Positions 52,158-60,029 of a stretch of 64,000 bases of DNA are shown piece by piece. The stretch is from assembly GCA_964596695.1 (NCBI GenBank), contig CAZQVE010000005.1, positions 795 to 64,794 on the forward strand, read 5' to 3'. Numbering within the stretch: position 1 is the stretch's first letter; each line of letters opens with the position of its first letter. Source of the stretch: an uncultured Candidatus Saccharibacteria bacterium. Lineage in GTDB: Bacteria > Patescibacteriota > Saccharimonadia > Saccharimonadales > Saccharimonadaceae. The notes beneath the pieces were generated by a model. That model worked only from the letters and a program-made list of their open reading frames with translations. It did not search any database and was not told the DNA's origin. Both the position numbers and the translations under genes were made by a program.

Positions 52158-52387
52158 GTCTCTTAGAACGTAGGGGGTTAACTATTCGAAACATAAAGAA
52201 CCTAGGTAATCTAGGTGAACATGATGTTCGAACTGAAATTCAATTCTATGAACCCCGAAGAGATCAATATCATAGTTTAGTAATTACTATGTCAAAAGGT
52301 GAATACGATCATTTAGATCATGAATTTACAACAAACGATTTGGGGGCAGCAATCGAATTAAAGAAAAAGGTAGATAGTTATGAATAA
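52154..52387 (+). CDS. hypothetical protein
   Basis: The preferred start, MSLLERRG, forms an ATGA overlap with the upstream stop. The ORF track starts at 52121. Confidence 0.35.
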   Translation: MSLLERRGLTIRNIKNLGNLGEHDVRTEIQFYEPRRDQYHSLVITMSKGEYDHLDHEFTTNDLGAAIELKKKVDSYE

Positions 52388-52574
52388 ACAAGAAACATTA
52401 GAATTTCTTAATCAAATAGTAGATAAAAAAATACGAAGTAAAAAACAAAGTAAAGGTTATTGGTGTAGTAGAGCTAGATGGAATCCTGCTAATCCAGAAC
52501 CATTTGATAAAGAGATTGCAGATCTTAACGAAGCAAAAAGAATATTAAATGAGGTGTTTGAAAAAGATGCTTAG
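52380..52574 (+). CDS. hypothetical protein
   Basis: 64-aa ORF. Confidence 0.4.
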   Translation: MNKQETLEFLNQIVDKKIRSKKQSKGYWCSRARWNPANPEPFDKEIADLNEAKRILNEVFEKDA

Positions 52575-52971
52575 AATATGGCAATACATTCAAAGTGGTA
52601 AAATATGTAAGTATAAAGTTCGTAATGAATACAAAGACGGTCATGGTGGAGTATGCATTGTGCAGCTTATTACCGACGAGATAAAATATGAAGAAAATTT
52701 ATCTCAAGGTAATGAAACAAACCATCAATTTTTAGACAGAATTACCAATCAAAAACTTTGTTTAACTAAGCGATTAAAAGATACAATGGGAGGTAAAATG
52801 ACTGGATTTCAAATGCAGCACACTCCAAAGCAAGAATTATTAGATGAATTCAAAGAAACAATTATAAAGAATGATAGTAAAGTATCTTTACGAGATATGG
52901 TATTGTTAAATGACAATAGCGAAGTTTCCTTTGACGACTTTGAAGATATTTTTAGGGAGTTAGATATATAA
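52567..52971 (+). CDS. hypothetical protein
   Basis: The start is ambiguous: 52549 in the ORF track, or 52567 (MLRIWQY), which gives an 8-nt overlap. Confidence 0.4.
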   Translation: MLRIWQYIQSGKICKYKVRNEYKDGHGGVCIVQLITDEIKYEENLSQGNETNHQFLDRITNQKLCLTKRLKDTMGGKMTGFQMQHTPKQELLDEFKETIIKNDSKVSLRDMVLLNDNSEVSFDDFEDIFRELDI

Positions 52972-53147
52972 TGTGGAAATTTGTATTAGGAGTATTATTT
53001 ATATTCTCATTAATATTAATTACATTAGCAACTTTCTTTGGTTTAACTCAACCTGATATAACAGGATGGTCTTCTTTTTGGGTAGGATTTTGTGGAACAA
53101 TTCTATTGATAGTGAGTGTTGCGACAATCAATGATAAATTTGGATGA
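52971..53147 (+). CDS. 58-aa two-span membrane mini-protein (below the ORF-track cutoff)
   Basis: Hand translation is MWKFVLGVLFIFSLILITLATFFGLTQPDITGWSSFWVGFCGTILLIVSVATINDKFG. It forms a TAATG overlap with the upstream stop. Confidence 0.4.
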   Translation: MWKFVLGVLFIFSLILITLATFFGLTQPDITGWSSFWVGFCGTILLIVSVATINDKFG

Positions 53148-53388
53148 TCCTAAATTAAGAACAGAATTACAAAAGATTGTTTTTGCTCAATGGCAAAGTT
53201 TGATTTCATCTTTTTCTTTAAGTATGAATAACTTTAATGTTGAAAAAAAATCTTTGGATCAGTATCAATTGTATTGTGGCGAACGTTGGGGAAACTTATA
53301 CAAAACATATGAGGATTTAACTGATGATGATAAAATTGGATTAGATCATTTTGCCCAAAAAATAATAGATAAACTCAAAGAAATCTAA
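53131..53388 (+). CDS. RyR-domain-like protein (paralog of 51867-52157)
   Basis: QKIVFAQWQSL ... KTYEDLTDDDKIGLDHFAQKIID parallels the other copy. I prefer the ATG at 53131 over the track start at 53116. Confidence 0.35.
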   Translation: MINLDDPKLRTELQKIVFAQWQSLISSFSLSMNNFNVEKKSLDQYQLYCGERWGNLYKTYEDLTDDDKIGLDHFAQKIIDKLKEI

Positions 53389-53566
53389 TTTCTATATCAG
53401 AATCTTCTATTTCTTTATTTCTCTTTTTTGCATCTTCTAGTGCATCCATTCCTTTGTTAATAACGTAGTCGTATGTCTTATTGTGTGGCTTTTTTACTTC
53501 GTTCACAAATTGAGAAAGTCTGTGTTCGGTTTGCTTGGTCACGTTAACAATTCTGTTAGAAACCAT
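53375..53566 (-). CDS. ribbon-helix-helix-like small protein
   Basis: IVNVTKQTEHRLSQFVNE...DYVINKGMDALED parallels 37453-37788 (DLQVINAGLEALD). Confidence 0.35.
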   Translation of the reverse strand: MVSNRIVNVTKQTEHRLSQFVNEVKKPHNKTYDYVINKGMDALEDAKKRNKEIEDSDIEIRFL

Positions 53567-53603
53567 AAGTAAAGATTATATTACAACATAATTAAGTCTT
53601 TTT

Positions 53604-54140
53604 ATGACGAGAGGTTTACTTATAGTAGTTGAAGGTGGCGATAAATTAGGAAAAACAACTTTTGTTGATCAATTTTTAGAACAATATCCTACTACACAAA
53701 GGATTAAGCTACCAACTCCAGAGATATACGGATTAATTAAACATACCCCAAAGGAAATGTGGCATGATATATTTCACACTAATATTGAAAGTGTGATGAA
53801 AAGAATAGGAGAATATTTAGACAAAGGAGTCAATGTTATTTGTGATAGATATATTTATAGTCATTTTGTATATGAGGAATTGACTTCAAAGAAAAATTGT
53901 GTATTCAAATCAACTTTGAATCCTAATGCTATTGTCTTCTTTGTGCACGCTAATCCAAACTCGTTACCCAAAGATGATGTAATAGAACAAATAGTAAATC
54001 AGAACGATGTTCAAAAGAGTTTTGAGAAACGTTTCAAACGAATGTATATACCAGTAATTCATGTTCCGGCATTGACACCTACTACAAAGCAAATTGCAAT
54101 GCAAGCATTAGTTTCTCTCTTTGGCAAAAGATTAATATAA
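53604..54140 (+). CDS. thymidylate kinase-like dNMP kinase
   Basis: Has the P-loop VVEGGDKLGKTT and CDRYIYSHFVYE, which matches the DRY..S..Y motif of TMK. Confidence 0.6.
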   Translation: MTRGLLIVVEGGDKLGKTTFVDQFLEQYPTTQRIKLPTPEIYGLIKHTPKEMWHDIFHTNIESVMKRIGEYLDKGVNVICDRYIYSHFVYEELTSKKNCVFKSTLNPNAIVFFVHANPNSLPKDDVIEQIVNQNDVQKSFEKRFKRMYIPVIHVPALTPTTKQIAMQALVSLFGKRLI

Positions 54141-54170
54141 CGAATAATTGTATGATGTGTGACGTAAAAG

Positions 54171-54419
54171 ATGTTTTCTACGCAAGGCTTAGAGATTGAT
54201 CATCTCAATGGGATAAACGCTGACGAAAATGAGAACAGTTGGGTAAAAAAATGTTGGGGATGTGGACAAAAGAAAGAATGTGATGAATGGTGTTTTTGGT
54301 GTGAAACGCGCTTTTGTGTGGGCTGCATAGCGAATCAAAATGGATGTTTCCGTAAAAACAAATACTTAGTTTGCAAAGATTGTGGTATAGACGAAAATGG
54401 GAGTACAGAGATTAAATGA
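54171..54419 (+). CDS. Cys-rich zinc-finger protein
   Basis: 82 aa containing CWGCGQKKECDEWCFWCETRFCVGC...CKDCG. Confidence 0.45.
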   Translation: MFSTQGLEIDHLNGINADENENSWVKKCWGCGQKKECDEWCFWCETRFCVGCIANQNGCFRKNKYLVCKDCGIDENGSTEIK

Positions 54420-54793
54420 TAACTCAGAGATTAGTAGAAATTGGTGACGCTATTTCTACAATCGAGTTACATAAAACCCCAATTAAAGCACTACATGTTA
54501 GTGGTAAAAATTTTGACCCAAAAAAATTAACAAGATCTTATAGACAATGGATTTTTAATAGAATGCTTTTTTGTATTGATCATAGATTTGGTTTTGAATG
54601 TATATGTTATTGTTGCAATAAATTTGTGTATTATAGATACATTGAAAAGGATTGTCCATTTGATGACAATAAAAATTGTCCTATTCATGAAGTGTTTAAA
54701 TGTTCTATCTGTAAGAATGAATATGATATGACTGTTGCTCCAGAAGATATAGATTTCCTTATTAATATCAACATTAAAGAATTACTATGGTAA
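54416..54793 (+). CDS. Cys-rich zinc-finger protein
   Basis: 125 aa containing CICYCCNKF...CPFDDNKNCPIHEVFKCSIC. Confidence 0.45.
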   Translation: MITQRLVEIGDAISTIELHKTPIKALHVSGKNFDPKKLTRSYRQWIFNRMLFCIDHRFGFECICYCCNKFVYYRYIEKDCPFDDNKNCPIHEVFKCSICKNEYDMTVAPEDIDFLININIKELLW

Positions 54794-55059
54794 CGTTTAC
54801 CCCTAACCCTATTCATGGGCAAGGCTCTTTTAAGAGTATTGAAGTGGATTGTATTGAACTAGAAAGTGTATATTTACTACATAATGACACATTTAATATA
54901 CGAGTTGAGATTCCAAAGTATGCTAAAGATAAAGATTTAGACATTAGTTTACAAAGAGAATTTGATTTTTTGTGGCGAAATTATGCTATGGAAAAAGATG
55001 ATAACTTAACACTAGATGCATTAAGATTAAAGAAAGCTTTGTTGGAGTTGAGAAAATGA
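54787..55059 (+). CDS. hypothetical protein
   Basis: 90-aa ORF. Confidence 0.45.
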   Translation: MVTFTPNPIHGQGSFKSIEVDCIELESVYLLHNDTFNIRVEIPKYAKDKDLDISLQREFDFLWRNYAMEKDDNLTLDALRLKKALLELRK

Positions 55060-55223
55060 TACATAATTGTTTTGAAAAAATGGAACATATAGAAGGAACG
55101 CATAAAGGAAGATGTGTTGATTGTGGTGTAATGTTTGAAGCTTATCATAATTGGGTAATAGCAAATAAAGACGAACATAAAAAGAATAACCCTCAGTGTC
55201 CTGATTGTGTAGTAAATGTTTAA
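55056..55223 (+). CDS. 55-aa zinc-ribbon mini-protein (below the ORF-track cutoff)
   Basis: Hand translation is MIHNCFEKMEHIEGTHKGRCVDCGVMFEAYHNWVIANKDEHKKNNPQCPDCVVNV. It forms an ATGA overlap with the upstream stop. Confidence 0.4.
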   Translation: MIHNCFEKMEHIEGTHKGRCVDCGVMFEAYHNWVIANKDEHKKNNPQCPDCVVNV

Positions 55224-55249
55224 AGCATAACTAGTTCTTTATATTAGTA

Positions 55250-56185
55250 ATGAGTAATCTTGCTGATCTTATTACTAATGTAGACGAGATTATATCTCCT
55301 TCTATATTTAATGCTAAAACAATTTGGAATACTAGTGGTACTAATTTAGCTAATCATGATATTAACCAAGATGTAGGTGCTGTTACTATTAATGAAGCTG
55401 GTTCTGGATTCCTATTAGACCACATGTATATTAGAAAATCTGACAAATCAGGATGGACGGATGTGTTTAAGCAACACTTTCATACCTCTGATGAGGACGG
55501 AGGATCGTTTTATGATATTAAAAAGGCTATAGCAAAACAAATTCTAGAATTTAATTTCCAAAACTTTAAGAAAGAATTCTTTATTTTAACTGGAGGTGGA
55601 ACAGCGACTAATACTTTTGACAATACTGCTACAACTTCTACACAATCGTTTACTGATTTAGTATCAGCTACAGGTTTAGTACCTGCTAATTTGTGGGCAG
55701 GAGGTGTTAGATTAGCATTTGAAAATCCTTTTACTCTACAATGTAAATATAAAATTTTTGAATCTACTAATGTTATTTGGCGTGTAGGATGTGGTATGAG
55801 TTTAGTTGAAACAAGCGGTAATCAAAATCAGGTAGGATTCGAAGGGTGTTTAAACACTGATACTAGAACTAGTGTTGTTTCAGGTGACGGAACAAGTAGA
55901 TTCCCTGCTTATATGAGTGCAAGTCTTCAAAGTAATCCTACTGGATTGAGATTAGATTATTATCCTAATGATAAGATTGTTGGTGTTGATGCTATTGGAG
56001 GAATGGTTACTAAAACTGATACGTTACCATTAACTTCTGCTGCAACATTATCTACTAATACACTTAGAGTTGGTGTAAAATCTACTAATGATTCTGCTGG
56101 TGATTCTAGAACGTTACGTATGTATGGTGCCTATTTGTTAGGATACTTATATGATTCAAAGAGCGGCGTTGGTGCATGGATTTAA
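55250..56185 (+). CDS. hypothetical beta-rich protein (likely virion-associated)
   Basis: 311 aa, Thr/Ser/Gly-rich. A CTTTATATTAGTA box abuts the ATG. Confidence 0.5.
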   Translation: MSNLADLITNVDEIISPSIFNAKTIWNTSGTNLANHDINQDVGAVTINEAGSGFLLDHMYIRKSDKSGWTDVFKQHFHTSDEDGGSFYDIKKAIAKQILEFNFQNFKKEFFILTGGGTATNTFDNTATTSTQSFTDLVSATGLVPANLWAGGVRLAFENPFTLQCKYKIFESTNVIWRVGCGMSLVETSGNQNQVGFEGCLNTDTRTSVVSGDGTSRFPAYMSASLQSNPTGLRLDYYPNDKIVGVDAIGGMVTKTDTLPLTSAATLSTNTLRVGVKSTNDSAGDSRTLRMYGAYLLGYLYDSKSGVGAWI

Positions 56186-56210
56186 ATAATCCTTTGTTCC
56201 TTTTTAAAGT

Positions 56211-57758
56211 ATGAGTTATGATTACTTTACTAGCTTAACGACTAAACAAAAGAAACTTATTCAAGGTATAAAAGATTTTTTAGATGAAACTAATAGAGAA
56301 AAGAAACAAGAGGAATTTATTTTTGCAAGAAAGATTCCTGTTTTAGATAAAGATCAATATCAAATTGTTGTTAATACTATATCGAAAGATAAAAATAATC
56401 AAGTTCTTGTTCCATTTGTATTAGGCGGGAACGTTGTAGATCTAGCACAATTTAATCCTGAGGAAGAGGTTGAAGAGGAAGGCGCAGAAGTTGCAATAAT
56501 TGAAACAGTAAAAAGTAACAATTATTCTATTAATGAAAGACTAAAGTTCGCAAAAAGGATTACCAATTTAGAGGTAGAAATTCCTCCTGATGGATTAACA
56601 TTTTATATTAAATTAGAAAAGGAATTTAATGTTCATACTTTTGCATTAGGATTTAAAGATGGTAACATTTGTTCTTATAAGTTTGATTTATTGTTTATAG
56701 ATAAAAATAATAATATAATTTCAGAATTAAAGAGCAAACGAAACACGGGTCAAACAGCATTGATAGAATTTTATGAACTTGAAACTCCAGTTGAAAATGT
56801 AGATAGGGTAGTATTTCTTATTCATAGTAAGCATAATCCATTAAACATTACTGATACTGTCGCACAAATTGGTGACTTTATTTTAAGTGATACTCCAGTT
56901 CAAGAGGAATTAGTATCTTCAAAGATGATTTCATTTTCTATAGTAGAAAATGAAAAATCTAATTCTACTTATGCTAACCATCCTTCTTTGTTAAAATTAA
57001 GAGTTCAAACCAATCAATTAGATTATCCTACATTATATGAATTTGAATCTAGAGATCAATATACTGATTTTCAAAATACAAATGAAAAGACTTTGAAAAT
57101 ATTTAATCCTGTAGTTGAAAATAATGTATTTGTTTCTAATCATGATGGTGCTGCATTGTTGCGAATTTCGAACCCTGATAAAGACAAATATGATGACAAG
57201 GCAACATTTAGTTTAACCACACTGAAGAAAAAAGGATACATTCAGTTAGGAGGATACAAGAATAGATTCATAGGTATGAAATTTATCCCAATAGATTTCG
57301 ATCCTAAGAAATGGGATATTACCTTAGTAACAAGAGGTGGCGATATGGAAGAATCTAATCAAAACTTGTTCCATTCAATTGTAAAGATAGGTGCAAAAGA
57401 CTTTGTATTTAGTAGACAACTCTTGGTAAATAAATCAGATAACTTTAGTGATCCAATTCCTCCAGCATTTGATATTAAACTCGAATCAGAACAAGAGGTA
57501 GGATTAGCAATATACCAATTCAATATTAATGATACTGATGTTCAATACTATATTTATGTAAAGAGACACAATGATGTTGATTGGGTTTTGTATAATGCTT
57601 TCGTAGATGATTCGAAATTAAAAGGTGAGAACTATGGGGAACAAACTATTTCATGGGGAGGACAATATGATTATATCTTCTTTAATAACTTTGAAAAACT
57701 TAAAATGCTTGATTTAACAGTCGGCGAATTAGTAACACCTATTAGGAAAATCGAGTAA
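56211..57758 (+). CDS. multi-domain protein with a discoidin-like module and a C-terminal jelly-roll domain related to 40149-42353 domain A
   Basis: 515 aa. VGLAIYQFNINDTDVQYYIYVKRHNDVDWVLYNAF...ISWGGQYDYIFF parallels WVGLKFIVYNTSDGNVVTEIWIDENNNNSWNQAY...ITWGGPIVSLYW. Confidence 0.5.
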   Translation: MSYDYFTSLTTKQKKLIQGIKDFLDETNREKKQEEFIFARKIPVLDKDQYQIVVNTISKDKNNQVLVPFVLGGNVVDLAQFNPEEEVEEEGAEVAIIETVKSNNYSINERLKFAKRITNLEVEIPPDGLTFYIKLEKEFNVHTFALGFKDGNICSYKFDLLFIDKNNNIISELKSKRNTGQTALIEFYELETPVENVDRVVFLIHSKHNPLNITDTVAQIGDFILSDTPVQEELVSSKMISFSIVENEKSNSTYANHPSLLKLRVQTNQLDYPTLYEFESRDQYTDFQNTNEKTLKIFNPVVENNVFVSNHDGAALLRISNPDKDKYDDKATFSLTTLKKKGYIQLGGYKNRFIGMKFIPIDFDPKKWDITLVTRGGDMEESNQNLFHSIVKIGAKDFVFSRQLLVNKSDNFSDPIPPAFDIKLESEQEVGLAIYQFNINDTDVQYYIYVKRHNDVDWVLYNAFVDDSKLKGENYGEQTISWGGQYDYIFFNNFEKLKMLDLTVGELVTPIRKIE

Positions 57759-57766
57759 GTATATAT

Positions 57767-59290
57767 GTGAGCTTTAAAGCAGAAATTCATATTCAGTGGT
57801 TTAGATCAGGTACAAGCGGTAACGGTCTTGGAGGTGCAATGACAACTCCAACTGACGAAATTCCTAATAGAACATTATCAAATCTTTTTCCAACTTTTAC
57901 TGAAACAGAAAAAATAGAAGGTAGAACAAAATTTAGATGTGCATACATGCGAAATATGCATCCTACTATTCCTTTTAAAAATCCTATATTTTATATCCCA
58001 ATTAATACTACAAGTCCTAATACTGAAATTTGGGTTGGTATCGATCCCGCTGGGGTTGGTGATGGAACCACGAATGAAGCAACCACTATAGGTACAGAAT
58101 ATGAAACTCCAGTAGGAGTAAATTTTACCAATGCAATAGATAGAAAATCTGGATTCCCTCTTAGGGTTGATTTACCTGCTAATGGTGCATGTGTTCCTAT
58201 TTGGTTCCGTGTTAAGATAAATCCTGGTGCAGAAAATAGAGCTGCTGATTACTGCAAGATCGCAGTAGATAGTGATAATAAAGTTGGTGACAATGGTTTA
58301 CCTGCTGATCCAATAGATACTGTAGTTGGTGTTATAGGAGAAACTGACCAAAATCAAAACTCTCAGGATTTGATAAATAGATTCCAACTTAGAAACTTGG
58401 ATTGGTTGCTTTTTAATGGTAATGTAACTACAACTTATAACCCGTCCTGGATGATCAATTTATTAGCATCATTAAAGGACTTTACAATATTCAGTTGGGG
58501 TAATCAAGATGTTAGAGACATTTCAATTAGAAACATGCTTACTAATGCATTTTCTAGAGGTAACAGAAAAGTTGGAGATGGATTTTATTCTAAGAATATT
58601 AACAACCTTCATTTTTTGATTATGGATACTAGTGGATTCCAAAGTTATGAAAATCCATCTACTCAATATGATTTTGTTGTAGAAGACCTAGAAAATGCAC
58701 ATAGAGATCCTGATATTGATTTTATTATAGTTTCAATGAGTGACACGATGTATGGAGGTTTACCAACAAATGATTCTAGTATAGTAGCACATAATGAAGT
58801 TCTTAGAAATACATATCATAAACTATTTCAAGATAATGGCGTCCATGTTGTTTTACAATCTAAAATACGAAATTACCAATTCTTAGGATGCTTAAGATAT
58901 AATGAATCTAATACTAGTGCTCCGTCTACGCTTTTATCAGGGCCAAATTATAGTATTACTAATGGTGCGAAATCATTTGGTTCTGACTCTGGAATATTAT
59001 TTATTAATATGGGTTCTGGAGGTAGAACCCCATTCCATACAATACCATCTATTACTGCAACCTATCCACAATCATTTGTAAGCATTCCTACAACTGGAGG
59101 AACAATGATATTAACAAGTGAAATGAAAAGAAAAGATAAAACGGTAACTGTAAGTGGTGTTGAAAAATCTTATGCTAAATTAACAGGAACATATTACAAT
59201 TACAAGAGAAGCAGATCATTATTTGATGTATTGTTTGGTGCAACAGTATCAGAGACTAGCGTCCACCAATGGAGTATTACCGTTACCTAA
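57767..59290 (+). CDS. protein with a degenerate metallophosphoesterase-like (purple-acid-phosphatase-like) domain
   Basis: 507 aa with a GTG start. The motif order is VIGETDQ / FNGNVTTTY / WGNQDV / IVSMSDTMY / VVLQSKIRNYQF. This parallels GDxG / GDxxY / GNHE / H / GHxH, but most metal ligands are replaced. Confidence 0.45.
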   Translation: MSFKAEIHIQWFRSGTSGNGLGGAMTTPTDEIPNRTLSNLFPTFTETEKIEGRTKFRCAYMRNMHPTIPFKNPIFYIPINTTSPNTEIWVGIDPAGVGDGTTNEATTIGTEYETPVGVNFTNAIDRKSGFPLRVDLPANGACVPIWFRVKINPGAENRAADYCKIAVDSDNKVGDNGLPADPIDTVVGVIGETDQNQNSQDLINRFQLRNLDWLLFNGNVTTTYNPSWMINLLASLKDFTIFSWGNQDVRDISIRNMLTNAFSRGNRKVGDGFYSKNINNLHFLIMDTSGFQSYENPSTQYDFVVEDLENAHRDPDIDFIIVSMSDTMYGGLPTNDSSIVAHNEVLRNTYHKLFQDNGVHVVLQSKIRNYQFLGCLRYNESNTSAPSTLLSGPNYSITNGAKSFGSDSGILFINMGSGGRTPFHTIPSITATYPQSFVSIPTTGGTMILTSEMKRKDKTVTVSGVEKSYAKLTGTYYNYKRSRSLFDVLFGATVSETSVHQWSITVT

Positions 59291-60001
59291 ATACTCGTTC
59301 TTTTGTTCCCGTATTTTTGTTTCTGGTACTGCCAGTAGAGATTCCAGCATTTTTGCTGCATACGAGAGGGAAGAAAGCGCATAATAGATAATATTTTTGT
59401 CATATTTTTTGATGTACTCAAACTTCTCCATGTTATCTAAATGAACAGGATCATATAAGCATATAATCATATTTGCTACCAAAAATCGAACCAATTCATT
59501 ATCATATTTATTATTAGAAGGGATAAGTTTCATAACACATTCAGTTATTTCTTCATAGTTAAAATCTTCAATTTCATATTTTTCCATGAATTCATTTTTA
59601 TTCATAAGAACTTTATATCCTAATTCAATAGAAGGATAATCAGCTCCTCGTGTATCTTCATATCGATAAACTGTTTTAGTAGTAAAATATCTTAAATCAT
59701 ATTCAGTTTCCTTTTGTTTGGCTTTAGAGAATTTGCGTACATGCTTTTTAATTGGAGTGACAATATTAATTGCAGAATGAACGTGAGGTAAACGTTGAAT
59801 TTTACTCCATTCGGTAAAGGGTCTTGCATCATTTGTGTCATGTAGCTTCACTATCAACCTATTAATGTAAGACCAGTTACTACAAGGAGATAATGATTCA
59901 ATAAGAAAAACATCTGTAAGAAGTTTAATATTATCAGGATTTAAATTATATATAACTCGCATAATATTTTTTACTTCTTTTAGTTTTCTTATATCTTTCA
60001 T
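59249..60001 (-). CDS. hypothetical protein (weak ArdC-N/DUF1738-like resemblance)
   Basis: 250 aa. SNWSYINRLIVKLHDTNDARPFTEWSKIQRLPHVHSAINIV loosely follows the ArdC N-terminal ssDNA-binding pattern. The resemblance is low confidence. Confidence 0.3.
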   Translation of the reverse strand: MKDIRKLKEVKNIMRVIYNLNPDNIKLLTDVFLIESLSPCSNWSYINRLIVKLHDTNDARPFTEWSKIQRLPHVHSAINIVTPIKKHVRKFSKAKQKETEYDLRYFTTKTVYRYEDTRGADYPSIELGYKVLMNKNEFMEKYEIEDFNYEEITECVMKLIPSNNKYDNELVRFLVANMIICLYDPVHLDNMEKFEYIKKYDKNIIYYALSSLSYAAKMLESLLAVPETKIREQKNEYLGNGNTPLVDASL

Positions 60002-60029
60002 GTATACTAATAAAGAGAAACATATCCCT

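Noticed and set aside
57767-58318. The N-terminal module of 57767-59290 as a known phage fibre/virion domain (pattern ...SNLFPTFTETEKIEGRTKFRCAYMRNMH)
   Set aside because: I only have a vague recollection of similar NLF..V...E...G...YRC.Y..N strings in uncharacterised phage virion proteins. I cannot name a family, so no call is made.
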